A stretch of DNA of 64,000 nt from contig OZ244561.1 in assembly GCA_965217585.1 (NCBI GenBank), positions 2,208,001-2,272,000 of the forward strand. Reading direction: 5' to 3'. The stretch's first letter is position 1; the number at the start of each line of letters is the position of its first letter. The stretch is from Candidatus Latescibacterota bacterium (lineage in GTDB: Bacteria > Latescibacterota > UBA2968 > UBA8231). Under the pieces are notes generated by a model, which saw only the letters and a program-made list of their open reading frames with translations, was not told the origin of the DNA and did not search any database. Below, piece after piece: positions 19,132-28,045 of the stretch. A program made the translations under genes and the position numbers.

Positions 19132-21819
19132 TTACTGTATACCAGCATAGACAGTGAGGAAACTTTGGGTGATGATGCTCGCGCTCTTCCCTTTGGCTTT
19201 GCGGCGATCTATCTGCAAGCCCATCCGGGTAGTCAACTGGTAGCCTAGGTAGGCCGAATCATTGCTAAATTGCACCGCACTCACCACGCCATTGAAGTCG
19301 TTGATATCGTTTTCGAAATCGTCGAAGCGGGAAAACTCTAGACCGGCCTGGACACTAGTATGGGCTAGTAGGGGAAATCCCAAGATAAGGCCGCCCAACT
19401 CAGTGAGCTCTCGGCGTTTATCGGTGGAGGTTAGATCGATGCTCTGGTAGCGGAATTCGCTTTTCCAGCGCGGTTCGATCCACAGCCTACCCAAGTCGAG
19501 GCGGTAGCTGGCCTTGTTGATAAGACCAAAGAAGAAGTCTCGTTCGCGCAAACCCAGAGGAGAGCGCTCATTCTGACTAAGCCGCTGGTGGTAGAAATCG
19601 TACTTTAGGTAATTGCTGACCTCAAATCCACGAAGTTTGTAGTCATTGCCTAGCCATAGGGAATTGATCCAGGTGTCGCGCCCAATGAGAGGATCTTCAA
19701 TTTTGGTGGATTCGCCAGTGCGAATATTGGCGTTGGGCAGCCACTGCAGTAAATCGTCGGGAATATCGTCTTCCACCGACTTGAGCATATTGAAAAGACG
19801 CCAATGGCCCCATGTGGCCATATCGTGGTCCAAGGTGAAGAGAGCGTACCTGGACTGGTTCTTTTGGTTTGAGGAAATCAGAGCCTCGCGCAGGGCTCCA
19901 AGGGTGACGCGAATCTCTGGGCTCAGATGGAGGCCAAGATAGATGTTGTAGCCTCGGTGATCCTTCTTGTAGGGATAATCGGGCAGTTCGTCGTTTTCAA
20001 AGCGATCGATCCAGCCGTTGTTGTTCATATCGACCCCAAAGAGAAACTCGGGACGATCCACATTGTGGCGCAGAAAAGGCTCATCGTAGTCGGGAATGGA
20101 GTTGGTCAACGAGCGGTTGTCGTTTTGGTTGAAGTCAGATATAAAGTCGCCGTTCTCATCCCAACCCGGATAGACCTGCTGGTCGCCCGATCTCCAGTCC
20201 TTGCGGACCGTATCGGGGAATTGGTCCTGATCGTCGTTGTCCTCCACCAATTCTAGTACATGGGCGCGTTCGTCCTCATAATCGATAAAGCCGGAACTGA
20301 GGGTGGTGAAGGTCCTCGTGTTGTAGCGCGGGTCCATGCTGTAGGCTTCGGCAAAGACGAACCAAGGGTAAGCGGCGCGCGACAGGTTGATTATCCAGGC
20401 CGGAGCCGCTCGATCTCCTTGGATGCCCGACCAAGTGGAGTGGTCTTTCTCAGTGGCGTCGATGCTGACGTTGGGGTACTTATTATAGGAATAGCTCAGA
20501 TCGTATTCGCCGTAGAAATCGAAGCCCAAAACCTTATTCAACTCCAGGGTGCCGCCCCAGATCTGGGTAGCCGTGGGCAGGCCATACTCGAAGCTGACTA
20601 CCTGCAGGTTGGTATTGTCTTGGACATTGCCCTCGGCCTGGGCCTGCAGAATCAAAACCGAAACGTCCGATTGGTTCAATTGCCGATCCGAGGTCACCCA
20701 CACCTGGTAATCGTTGCCCAGAACCAGACGGAATTTCACCTTTTTGATATCTTCCTTGGAGGCACTGGCGCGGCTGATAAAGGCCGGGCTGTCAAAGTCG
20801 TAACGCAGGCGGATTTCCTCGGTGCCATCGGCTGAGAGGAAGCCTTCGCGGACAAAACCTCCTTCGATAACGGGCTTAAAGCGAATTTGTTTGCCCCGGT
20901 CCACTGTACCGTCTAGGTAGGTGATGATAATATCGGAACCGGCCGGGAAGAAGGCAGCACCTCCCACTCCGTCTTCAGGCGAGTCATCGCGCAGGACAAT
21001 TTCAATGGCAGAAATGGTGTTGTTCTGGTCTAGGGTCAGTTCGCCGGTGATGGGATTGCCAGCGAATCCATCGATGATGGTATTGGCCTGGTGACTATTG
21101 ACGCTGGTGAGACCAACGGTAGCAAAATCGCCGACTTGGGTGGTAAAGCGCCCGCCAATGAGGGATGTGGTATTGGTCGCCAGAGTCTCAATATCGTTGG
21201 TAGAAGTGCCGCCGGGCTGGCTGATGCGAGAGTAGATTATAGTCCCCTGGTACTTGTCGGCGGCGTAGTCGAATTGGATTCCGTCCCAGCGAGGTTTGGA
21301 AAAGGTCATGGGGGTGAGGGTGGTGCGGAGGGCGGCACCCATGGTCAGGGCATAGTAGTTTTGGCCCTTGGCATCGGCCGAGATAAGGACACCGCTAAAC
21401 CACTCCCTAAACCTGTTGGATTTGAGGATGGAAGAGCCAAATTGTTGCGGCTGGGTTTGGGAATTATTGAAGATAACCCAACCCCGGGTGATATAGTTGC
21501 CGTAGAGGTCGTAGAAAGAATCGCCTTCCTGGACGATATTGACATACCTCTGGAAATGTTCCCGGGCATAGTTGGAGTACTCCCACTGGCGCCACCGGTA
21601 CTCATTGAAGAGTTCCTGGGGAACATACCATTTCTTCTGGGCCGGATCCAAGGCACCGAAGAGCACCCCTGGGCCCTTGGGATGGAAGGATACTTCTCCC
21701 CCTCTCTGGACCGTGCCGAGACGGCCTCCGTACTCTTGAGCTAGGACGGAAAACGGGATCAAACTCAGACAGATTACGCCCCAAACGAGGCAAAAAGCTG
21801 ATCTCCCTGTAATCACCAA
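19132..21819 (-). CDS. Large exported hypothetical protein, probable outer-membrane beta-barrel with acidic Ca-binding-like loops
   Basis: TTG start after AAAGGAGG; signal peptide ending SVLA; EDNDDQDQFPD, DENGDFISD and DMNNNGWID motifs; amphipathic beta-strand C-terminus ending SFLTVYAGIQ. Confidence 0.6.
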   Translation of the reverse strand: MVITGRSAFCLVWGVICLSLIPFSVLAQEYGGRLGTVQRGGEVSFHPKGPGVLFGALDPAQKKWYVPQELFNEYRWRQWEYSNYAREHFQRYVNIVQEGDSFYDLYGNYITRGWVIFNNSQTQPQQFGSSILKSNRFREWFSGVLISADAKGQNYYALTMGAALRTTLTPMTFSKPRWDGIQFDYAADKYQGTIIYSRISQPGGTSTNDIETLATNTTSLIGGRFTTQVGDFATVGLTSVNSHQANTIIDGFAGNPITGELTLDQNNTISAIEIVLRDDSPEDGVGGAAFFPAGSDIIITYLDGTVDRGKQIRFKPVIEGGFVREGFLSADGTEEIRLRYDFDSPAFISRASASKEDIKKVKFRLVLGNDYQVWVTSDRQLNQSDVSVLILQAQAEGNVQDNTNLQVVSFEYGLPTATQIWGGTLELNKVLGFDFYGEYDLSYSYNKYPNVSIDATEKDHSTWSGIQGDRAAPAWIINLSRAAYPWFVFAEAYSMDPRYNTRTFTTLSSGFIDYEDERAHVLELVEDNDDQDQFPDTVRKDWRSGDQQVYPGWDENGDFISDFNQNDNRSLTNSIPDYDEPFLRHNVDRPEFLFGVDMNNNGWIDRFENDELPDYPYKKDHRGYNIYLGLHLSPEIRVTLGALREALISSNQKNQSRYALFTLDHDMATWGHWRLFNMLKSVEDDIPDDLLQWLPNANIRTGESTKIEDPLIGRDTWINSLWLGNDYKLRGFEVSNYLKYDFYHQRLSQNERSPLGLRERDFFFGLINKASYRLDLGRLWIEPRWKSEFRYQSIDLTSTDKRRELTELGGLILGFPLLAHTSVQAGLEFSRFDDFENDINDFNGVVSAVQFSNDSAYLGYQLTTRMGLQIDRRKAKGKSASIITQSFLTVYAGIQ

Positions 21820-21970
21820 ATGCCTCCTTTGTCTTGTCTTTAACTTCAGCGGGATCGTACTCTGATCCTATACTCGAATTATTAGCGCGTAGAGATATAC
21901 TAAGTTGGACAGATTGTCAAGCTCTTTCCAACACATTGGTAGCGGACTATGACGCCTTGAGCCTTTCCCA

Positions 21971-24900
21971 CTAGTAGACGACGGAAAGCAGACGGGTTTG
22001 GGTGGACTCGCCTTCTTGGTTGTCTACATCCAGTTCTAGCTGGCAGAGGTAGAGCCCGGGTGCCACTTTTTGGCCGTTGCCGTCTTCGCCAGACCAGCGA
22101 ATTGAAACGTGGCCGCTGTCGAGCATCTGCGTCGTCTCCCATACCGAGCGGCCATCCAAAGTGAAAATCTTCACCTTCACTTGGCGGCTGGCAGTTACTT
22201 TGAAGATGGAGAAGCGAATCACCACCTCGTCGTTGATGCCATCCCCATTAGGGGTGAAGGGATTGGGGTCTAGACTAAATTTATCGATGGGCTTACTCTC
22301 TAACGGCACATTGATAGAAAGGGAATTGCTCCCCACCAAAGGGGTCGCATCGCCGGCAGCGATGCTCTGCCATGGAGCATCAGCGCCACTGCTGGTATTG
22401 CGTACAGCTAGGCGCAGAGTAGTGCCATTGAGAAAGACCGGTGCCCTATAGCGCATCCGTACCAGCGGACCTCGGCCGACTATGTTGCCTTTTATCCTGC
22501 TGGAGAGGCGGTTGTAGGCGGCAACATCGAGGGAATCGCCCACCTCGTCGAAGGGGAACTGAGCCCCCGCCCCGTTCAGCAGCCTAAAGAAGCGCACGGA
22601 GCCTTGCTCCTCCTCTTCGAGGGCAAGGTAGGAGGCCTGATCGATGGAGTTGCCCTCTGCATCGAAATAGAGAATATCTCCCTTTTCCTCGTCTTCGAGC
22701 AGCCCGTAAGAATCCCCCGAAAGCAGCAAGCCGTCCCCTGTTACCGGGACTTGATCCCCTTCTGTGGTGATTTTGTTATAGATTTTGGGCAAATCGGAGA
22801 GGCTATGGAGTGGGGTGGGTAGTTGCACCCAGATGGAATCGGAGCCAGTGGTAGGACCCAAGAACCGGAGCAACCCACCGTTTTCGTCGACGAAACTTCC
22901 CTCTTCAATGGGAAGGAAAACTTGGTCTTCCCCATCGGTCTGGGGATCGGTGTCTAGGCCCACCTCAAGGAGTTCCATGCTTTGGGAGGCGGGCATGGTC
23001 AGCAGGATTTCATCGAACCCAGTACTGCGCGCTGCAGAAGGACTTTCGATAAAATTGGGTTGGATAAATACTTCAAAGGTATCGACGATGCCCGGAGTGG
23101 GAATATCAATGGGCCACATTTCGGCCAAAACGAGTTCGGCCACAGGGGTGGCCATCTCAATGCCGATGGATTGTATGGCGGCGGCGGCATTTTGGTCGGT
23201 CGTGATCATTTTGACTTGGATCTGCATGAACTTCCGCAGCCCAGGGGAGGTCACTGGATCTCCCGGGTTCTGGTAGGCCCGGCTCCAGGGACTCCAACCT
23301 CTCGTCGGGATAAAGGTGGTATCCGCCGGACCTTTGAAACTGCCGATGAGATTCTTCCAAACGTCGGCGGTAATTTTCGTACCACCTTTGTCGAAATAGC
23401 GGATTTCCTTGGCCAGCAGATCGCCAGTGCGGGTGCGCACCTCCAGTGTGGTCCCTGGCGGAGTCTCTGCTTCCCAAGTGATACCGCCAAAATTCCGCGT
23501 CCCCGGCAGTTCGATCAGATCCGAGACCAACTCTACTGCAGCCGGATAGCCATTTGAGAAGAGTTGGTATTCGGAAACATTCGGACCAGCGGCATAACCG
23601 CCCCGGCGGTTGGGGTCATCGGAGACGATGGTTATTTCCAAGAAGCGCACTTTGGGAGGGGGCTGGTACACGTCCATTATGTGCTCGAACAGATCTGCTA
23701 GGTTGTGTTCTCGAGCCCGGGCACTTATGCGTCGCCATTTGATCCGGCCGCTAGAATCCCGCGACCCGTCCGAGCCGCGCAGAATATAGCCATCGATGTT
23801 AAGCCGAGGCAGGGAGGAGGACATGCGAAAGGTGTCCAACCAGAAAGTAGCCCCCATATCCACGAACAGAACCCCCCGGTCCACCGTCGGAGACCAGACT
23901 AGGTGGATAAAATTGGTGCCTCCATCCCCGTCAAATGCCGGGGCCGGAGAAAAGGAATCGTTGGCCCCATGGAAAGCGGCCGAGCCGCCCCCTGCTACGA
24001 GCGCCGGGCTGAGATTGTCCCCAAATCCCCAGACTTGGATGTCGGCTAGCCGGGGCCGCTCGCGGATGTAGTGCTCTATTTTGCCTTGGCGTTCGGGCGA
24101 CAGACCGTCGTAGACAGATTTTTCAACAGGTTCTTCGAATCCCCGCTGGTTCTTAATAAAATGGACAACATCTCCCCGATCTGCCCGGTTCAGAGCAGAC
24201 CATTCCTCCTCTGAAATCAATTTGCGCCGGCCGAATTTGGAATCGGTTACTACAATGCGGATTATCTGGACGGTTTCCCCAGTCCAGTTGGGATCGGCCT
24301 TGAATTGGTCTAGCTGGAAAGAGAACACCCGCTGGTCCTCGTTGGAGCTTTTGGTGCCGCCTTCGCGGCGAAAGGGAATTTTTCTCACCTCTTGGTTGAT
24401 AATCTTTTGGAAAGGGGCGCTCAATATTCTGAACTGGCGGAAGGGATCGCCCAACGACTCATCGACAAAATTTAAGACCAACTCGTCGACGGGCAGGCTC
24501 CGGCCGAGGTCCACCTCGACCCACCAGTCCTCTATGGGGTCGTTGAAGTCGGGTTCCCAGAAGGTGCTGGGGTCGCCGTCCAGAATGTTGGCCGCCGCCC
24601 TGGGATTGGATCCGACGCGACTGATACCTATGCGGGATAGGTAGGTGTAGAGGGGATTTTTCTTGCGGTCGCGTATGATATTGCCGAAGACATCCAGCGT
24701 TTCGGTGCTGTCGATATTCAAGACGGCGGTCTGATTTTTCTTGCGCCTAAAATCCAACAAGCGGCGAGTATAGGTTCCCAAGTCGTCTAGGACATTGAAT
24801 CGGGAGCGGGAAAAGTGGGGCTGGACGCCGCCGGAGGGGAGTATGTCCACGGCATGTCCGGGCATACTCCAACGCTCCCAGTGGGCTGGGGAGTTGACAA

Positions 24901-25030
24901 TGATCTGGTTGCCGACGATCCGGTATCCCCGCTTCTGAGCTTCAGTAGGCTGGGGTGGGACGAGGTTCAGACCGAGCAAAGAGATGAGAATCAGGGCAGG
25001 GTAGTGTGAGCGGTAACTCGGGTGTCTCAT
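21971..25030 (-). CDS. Large secreted FlgD-Ig-tailed protein with discoidin-like domains (fourth paralog)
   Basis: ATG at 25030 after GGAGG; signal peptide; NILDGDPSTFW...VEVDLGR discoidin motif, LEVRTRTG, WSPWSRAY, FTPNGDGIND; ends LSVVY. Confidence 0.8.
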   Translation of the reverse strand: MRHPSYRSHYPALILISLLGLNLVPPQPTEAQKRGYRIVGNQIIVNSPAHWERWSMPGHAVDILPSGGVQPHFSRSRFNVLDDLGTYTRRLLDFRRKKNQTAVLNIDSTETLDVFGNIIRDRKKNPLYTYLSRIGISRVGSNPRAAANILDGDPSTFWEPDFNDPIEDWWVEVDLGRSLPVDELVLNFVDESLGDPFRQFRILSAPFQKIINQEVRKIPFRREGGTKSSNEDQRVFSFQLDQFKADPNWTGETVQIIRIVVTDSKFGRRKLISEEEWSALNRADRGDVVHFIKNQRGFEEPVEKSVYDGLSPERQGKIEHYIRERPRLADIQVWGFGDNLSPALVAGGGSAAFHGANDSFSPAPAFDGDGGTNFIHLVWSPTVDRGVLFVDMGATFWLDTFRMSSSLPRLNIDGYILRGSDGSRDSSGRIKWRRISARAREHNLADLFEHIMDVYQPPPKVRFLEITIVSDDPNRRGGYAAGPNVSEYQLFSNGYPAAVELVSDLIELPGTRNFGGITWEAETPPGTTLEVRTRTGDLLAKEIRYFDKGGTKITADVWKNLIGSFKGPADTTFIPTRGWSPWSRAYQNPGDPVTSPGLRKFMQIQVKMITTDQNAAAAIQSIGIEMATPVAELVLAEMWPIDIPTPGIVDTFEVFIQPNFIESPSAARSTGFDEILLTMPASQSMELLEVGLDTDPQTDGEDQVFLPIEEGSFVDENGGLLRFLGPTTGSDSIWVQLPTPLHSLSDLPKIYNKITTEGDQVPVTGDGLLLSGDSYGLLEDEEKGDILYFDAEGNSIDQASYLALEEEEQGSVRFFRLLNGAGAQFPFDEVGDSLDVAAYNRLSSRIKGNIVGRGPLVRMRYRAPVFLNGTTLRLAVRNTSSGADAPWQSIAAGDATPLVGSNSLSINVPLESKPIDKFSLDPNPFTPNGDGINDEVVIRFSIFKVTASRQVKVKIFTLDGRSVWETTQMLDSGHVSIRWSGEDGNGQKVAPGLYLCQLELDVDNQEGESTQTRLLSVVY

Positions 25031-25368
25031 ATGGGCCTCCTGTGCGCATATCGACCGCATCAACCGCGCAGGACCTGCAGCATTGTGTTTTAGCACTACG
25101 ATGTCAGAGCGAACGAGCCCGGCTATCCCACAGGTAAAGGCGCTGGAGATAGTTGCACCAAAGCGGGATCTGGGTACGGAAGTTACTCAGGTATTGCAAG
25201 TCCGTTTGGCATTGTAGTAGGTACCGACATGCTGTCAGAGCCGAGAATGTACGAGATATATTAATAAATATATGTTATTGTAAACAAATTTTTTTAGAAT
25301 CGGCGGGTGCTGGAAGGCGTGATCTCCGCCGCCAGCTTGAAGACATGAAGCTAGCCGGGTGCCTCGAT

Positions 25369-27018
25369 TTAGTTTTGGGCCAGCAATAGGGAGTCGGGTA
25401 CCGCTTCCTTGAGGCGATCGGGGTAGATTTTGATCTGGTCGGCGTATTTCTCCCTCAGTTGCACCAGAAAGGCATTTAGCGCTTGGGTCTCCCGCTCTAG
25501 ACGGACCAGTGCCCAGGCCTGTCGCTGAGCAGTCTCAAAAGGTTCGATGCTGCTTTCTTCCCGTTCTAGGACGCGGAATACAGAGTAGCCTCCCTCTACT
25601 TGCAAAGGACCTTCAAGTAGGCCCTGTTGGGCTTGGAAAACAGCGGGTACAAGCACGGGATAGCGGACTTTTCCCAGCATGTGGAAATGATATCGCCCAT
25701 TGTATTTTTGTGCGTCTGCCCTCAAACTCTTATCGACGAATTGATCAAAGGGTGCACCTGCTTCTATTTGGGCTTTGACCTGCAGGGCGTCTGCCTGAGT
25801 GGGGAGCAGCACTTCCTCAACCCATATGGCCTCGCTGTGGCGGAAGGTCTCCAAATGGGTGTCGTAATAGTGGCGCACGTCTTCTTCGGAGAGGTCAACT
25901 AGGTCGGCTATGACGCTCTTTCTCACGGTTTCAAGAAGTTTGTCACTCGCGGTGCGCTCGACAAACTTCTGAATCTCGGGCGTTTGGTAAAAACCGCCTT
26001 TCCGGGCTGCTTCCTGGACCAGATGGACCTCCAAAAAATACCGATTCAGGGTGCCCACAGCTTGGGCGCTGTCGGCAAGGCCAAAACTGATGTTCCTCTG
26101 ACGCAAGAATTCCTGGACCTGACCCAGGGTTACTTCGCCGCCTCTATAGGTATATAAAGCCGTTGAATTTCCCTCTATGCGCGTGGGTTGCTTTGCCTTA
26201 TAGGCGTTGACCAACTTGCGCAGACCGGACGGGTTTAGGCGCACGTTGAAGGAATCGCGCAGTTGCTCCAAGTGCTCGGCCTCTACCTGGGCAAGGCGCT
26301 TTTGGTAGAGTAGACTGGCAATCCTCGCTTGGTATTTCTCATAAGAGGCAGGGCGGTCTTCACTAAAGCGCAGAATATGCCAAGCAGAACCGGCGGGCAG
26401 GGGCTCTGAGAGTTGATCTTGAGGCAGGGTCTTGAAGACCTCCGGTGGGATGTGAAGCAACTCGAGCTGGTCCCGGCCGATAAAGCCCAACTCGCCACCC
26501 CGTTCGGCCGAGCGCTTGTCCAGAGAGCGAGCCTGGGCGACTTCCTCGAAGGAGCGGCCTGCCCTCAGTTCCTGAAGAACGGTGTCGATGGCAGCTCGGC
26601 TCGCTGCTTTGATGGCGTTGAGCAGGCGCTCTCGGCCGTAGCCTTCCTTTTCGAAATAGCGCTGTACTGCCTCATTTGATATTTTGACTTTAGAAGTTAT
26701 CTCCTGTGCTTTATATACTGACCTGACCCGAGAATTGACGGCGTCTTGGACTGAATTTTGAAAGGTGTTAGTGGTAGCGAATCCTCGGGAACGGGCCTCT
26801 ATCAGCAAAAGTCGGCGGTCTATCAGGGCTTGGAGATAGTAGCGGAGGGCCTCATCGCCTGTCTTTTGGGTCCGTAGTCCGTCGGGCAGTTCCTCCACGT
26901 AGAGGCGCAACAGGCGTGCATTGATCTGGTGCGGGCCAACTTCCGCCACGAGAGGTTCTTGAGGAGGGCTTTTGCAGCTAAGCGAAAGAACTAAGCAGGC
27001 CAGTAGGAGGTGTTTCAT
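25369..27018 (-). CDS. Parvulin-type peptidyl-prolyl isomerase lipoprotein (SurA/PrsA-like foldase, two rotamase domains)
   Basis: Lipobox LSLSC; SFEEVAQARSLDKRSAERGGELGF rotamase motif; second degenerate rotamase domain (GAPFDQ...GPLQVEGGYSVFRV). Confidence 0.85.
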   Translation of the reverse strand: MKHLLLACLVLSLSCKSPPQEPLVAEVGPHQINARLLRLYVEELPDGLRTQKTGDEALRYYLQALIDRRLLLIEARSRGFATTNTFQNSVQDAVNSRVRSVYKAQEITSKVKISNEAVQRYFEKEGYGRERLLNAIKAASRAAIDTVLQELRAGRSFEEVAQARSLDKRSAERGGELGFIGRDQLELLHIPPEVFKTLPQDQLSEPLPAGSAWHILRFSEDRPASYEKYQARIASLLYQKRLAQVEAEHLEQLRDSFNVRLNPSGLRKLVNAYKAKQPTRIEGNSTALYTYRGGEVTLGQVQEFLRQRNISFGLADSAQAVGTLNRYFLEVHLVQEAARKGGFYQTPEIQKFVERTASDKLLETVRKSVIADLVDLSEEDVRHYYDTHLETFRHSEAIWVEEVLLPTQADALQVKAQIEAGAPFDQFVDKSLRADAQKYNGRYHFHMLGKVRYPVLVPAVFQAQQGLLEGPLQVEGGYSVFRVLEREESSIEPFETAQRQAWALVRLERETQALNAFLVQLREKYADQIKIYPDRLKEAVPDSLLLAQN

Positions 27019-27119
27019 CTAATTTTTTTCTGTCTACGGAAACCAAAAATTTCAATTGATCTGAATTATGGGCTAAATAGTGCAAGGTGAACATAGAAGA
27101 ATAGCTAAAATATATCAAA

Positions 27120-28016
27120 ATGGTCAAGGTGATGAACTTCCGTGTGAAGGCGAGCAGAGGTGTTTTTGGGGGACCCCTGATCGCTCTGCTGTTAAGCGTC
27201 CAAGGGACGATGGGGCAAGTGCCCGAGGTGGGTGATCTAGCGCCGGATTTCACTTTGCAGCAGCTAGAGGGCGACTATGTGTCTCTGAACGACTTCCGCG
27301 GCAAGGTGGTCCTTATCAACTTCTTCGGTTTCATCTGAAGTCACTGTCTCGCGGAGGCCGCGAAGATAGAGCAGATTTGGCAGGATTTTAAAGGGGAGGA
27401 ATTCGTCTTGATTGGCGTGGATGTAGCGGACGGCATCAGCCAACAGGTGGACTTGAGTTTTCGCCAGAGAACAGGAACGACCTACCCTCTTCTTCTCCAG
27501 GCCAGTACAGTAGGATCCCTCTATGGTTTTACCCAGCATAACTATGCGGTGATCGACCACGAGGGGATTTTGCGCTATCGTTCGGTGGGCGCTGTTGCCC
27601 GCCGGTTCAACGAACAGGTTATCCGCCAGCACATCGAGCAGGCGCTAGATAACTTGGGCGCGACGCTTGTGGCTGGAGATAAGGAACGGGAACTGCTAGC
27701 GGAGACCGCAGGGCTGGAGATGTCGGATGGGCAACCAAGGAATTTTGAGTTAGAGAAGAATTACCCCAATCCCTTTAATAGCGGCACGGTCATCCCTTTT
27801 AGCTTGTCCAGTGAAACAGAAGTGCATTTGCAGGTTTTCGATGTACTGGGACGGCCTGTGGTCAATCTGGTGGTTGGGCTGTTGCAGACCGGTCGTTATA
27901 GGGTAAATTGGGAAGGCCGGGACGCCGGAGGGCAGCCGGTACCCTCCGGCATCTACCTTTACCGTTTGAGTAGCGGGAAGAGAACAAAGAGCCGCAAGAT
28001 GACGCTCGTGCGGTAA
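27120..28016 (+). CDS. Selenoprotein: TlpA/AhpC-TSA redoxin (UxxC) fused to a T9SS type-A/FlgD-like C-terminal domain
   Basis: ORFs 27120-27338 and 27408-28016 are in the same frame. TGA at 27336-27338 reads APDFTL...RGKVVLINFFGFI-U-SHC, then an open frame to NYPNPFN...SGIYLYRL...KMTLVR. Start may be ATG at 27132. Confidence 0.88.
27344..27369 (+). promoter_or_regulatory. Bacterial SECIS-like hairpin
   Basis: ctgtc-tcgcgg-agg-ccgcga-a-gatag stem-loop just 3' of the UGA, with a G-containing apical loop about 16 nt downstream of the codon. Confidence 0.7.
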
Positions 28017-28045
28017 AAAGAGAGCAGGCTCAACAAACTCCAGCT

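Noticed and set aside
27336-27338. Nonsense mutation making a redoxin pseudogene
   Set aside because: The TGA occupies the catalytic Cys position, the frame continues cleanly and a SECIS-like hairpin follows.
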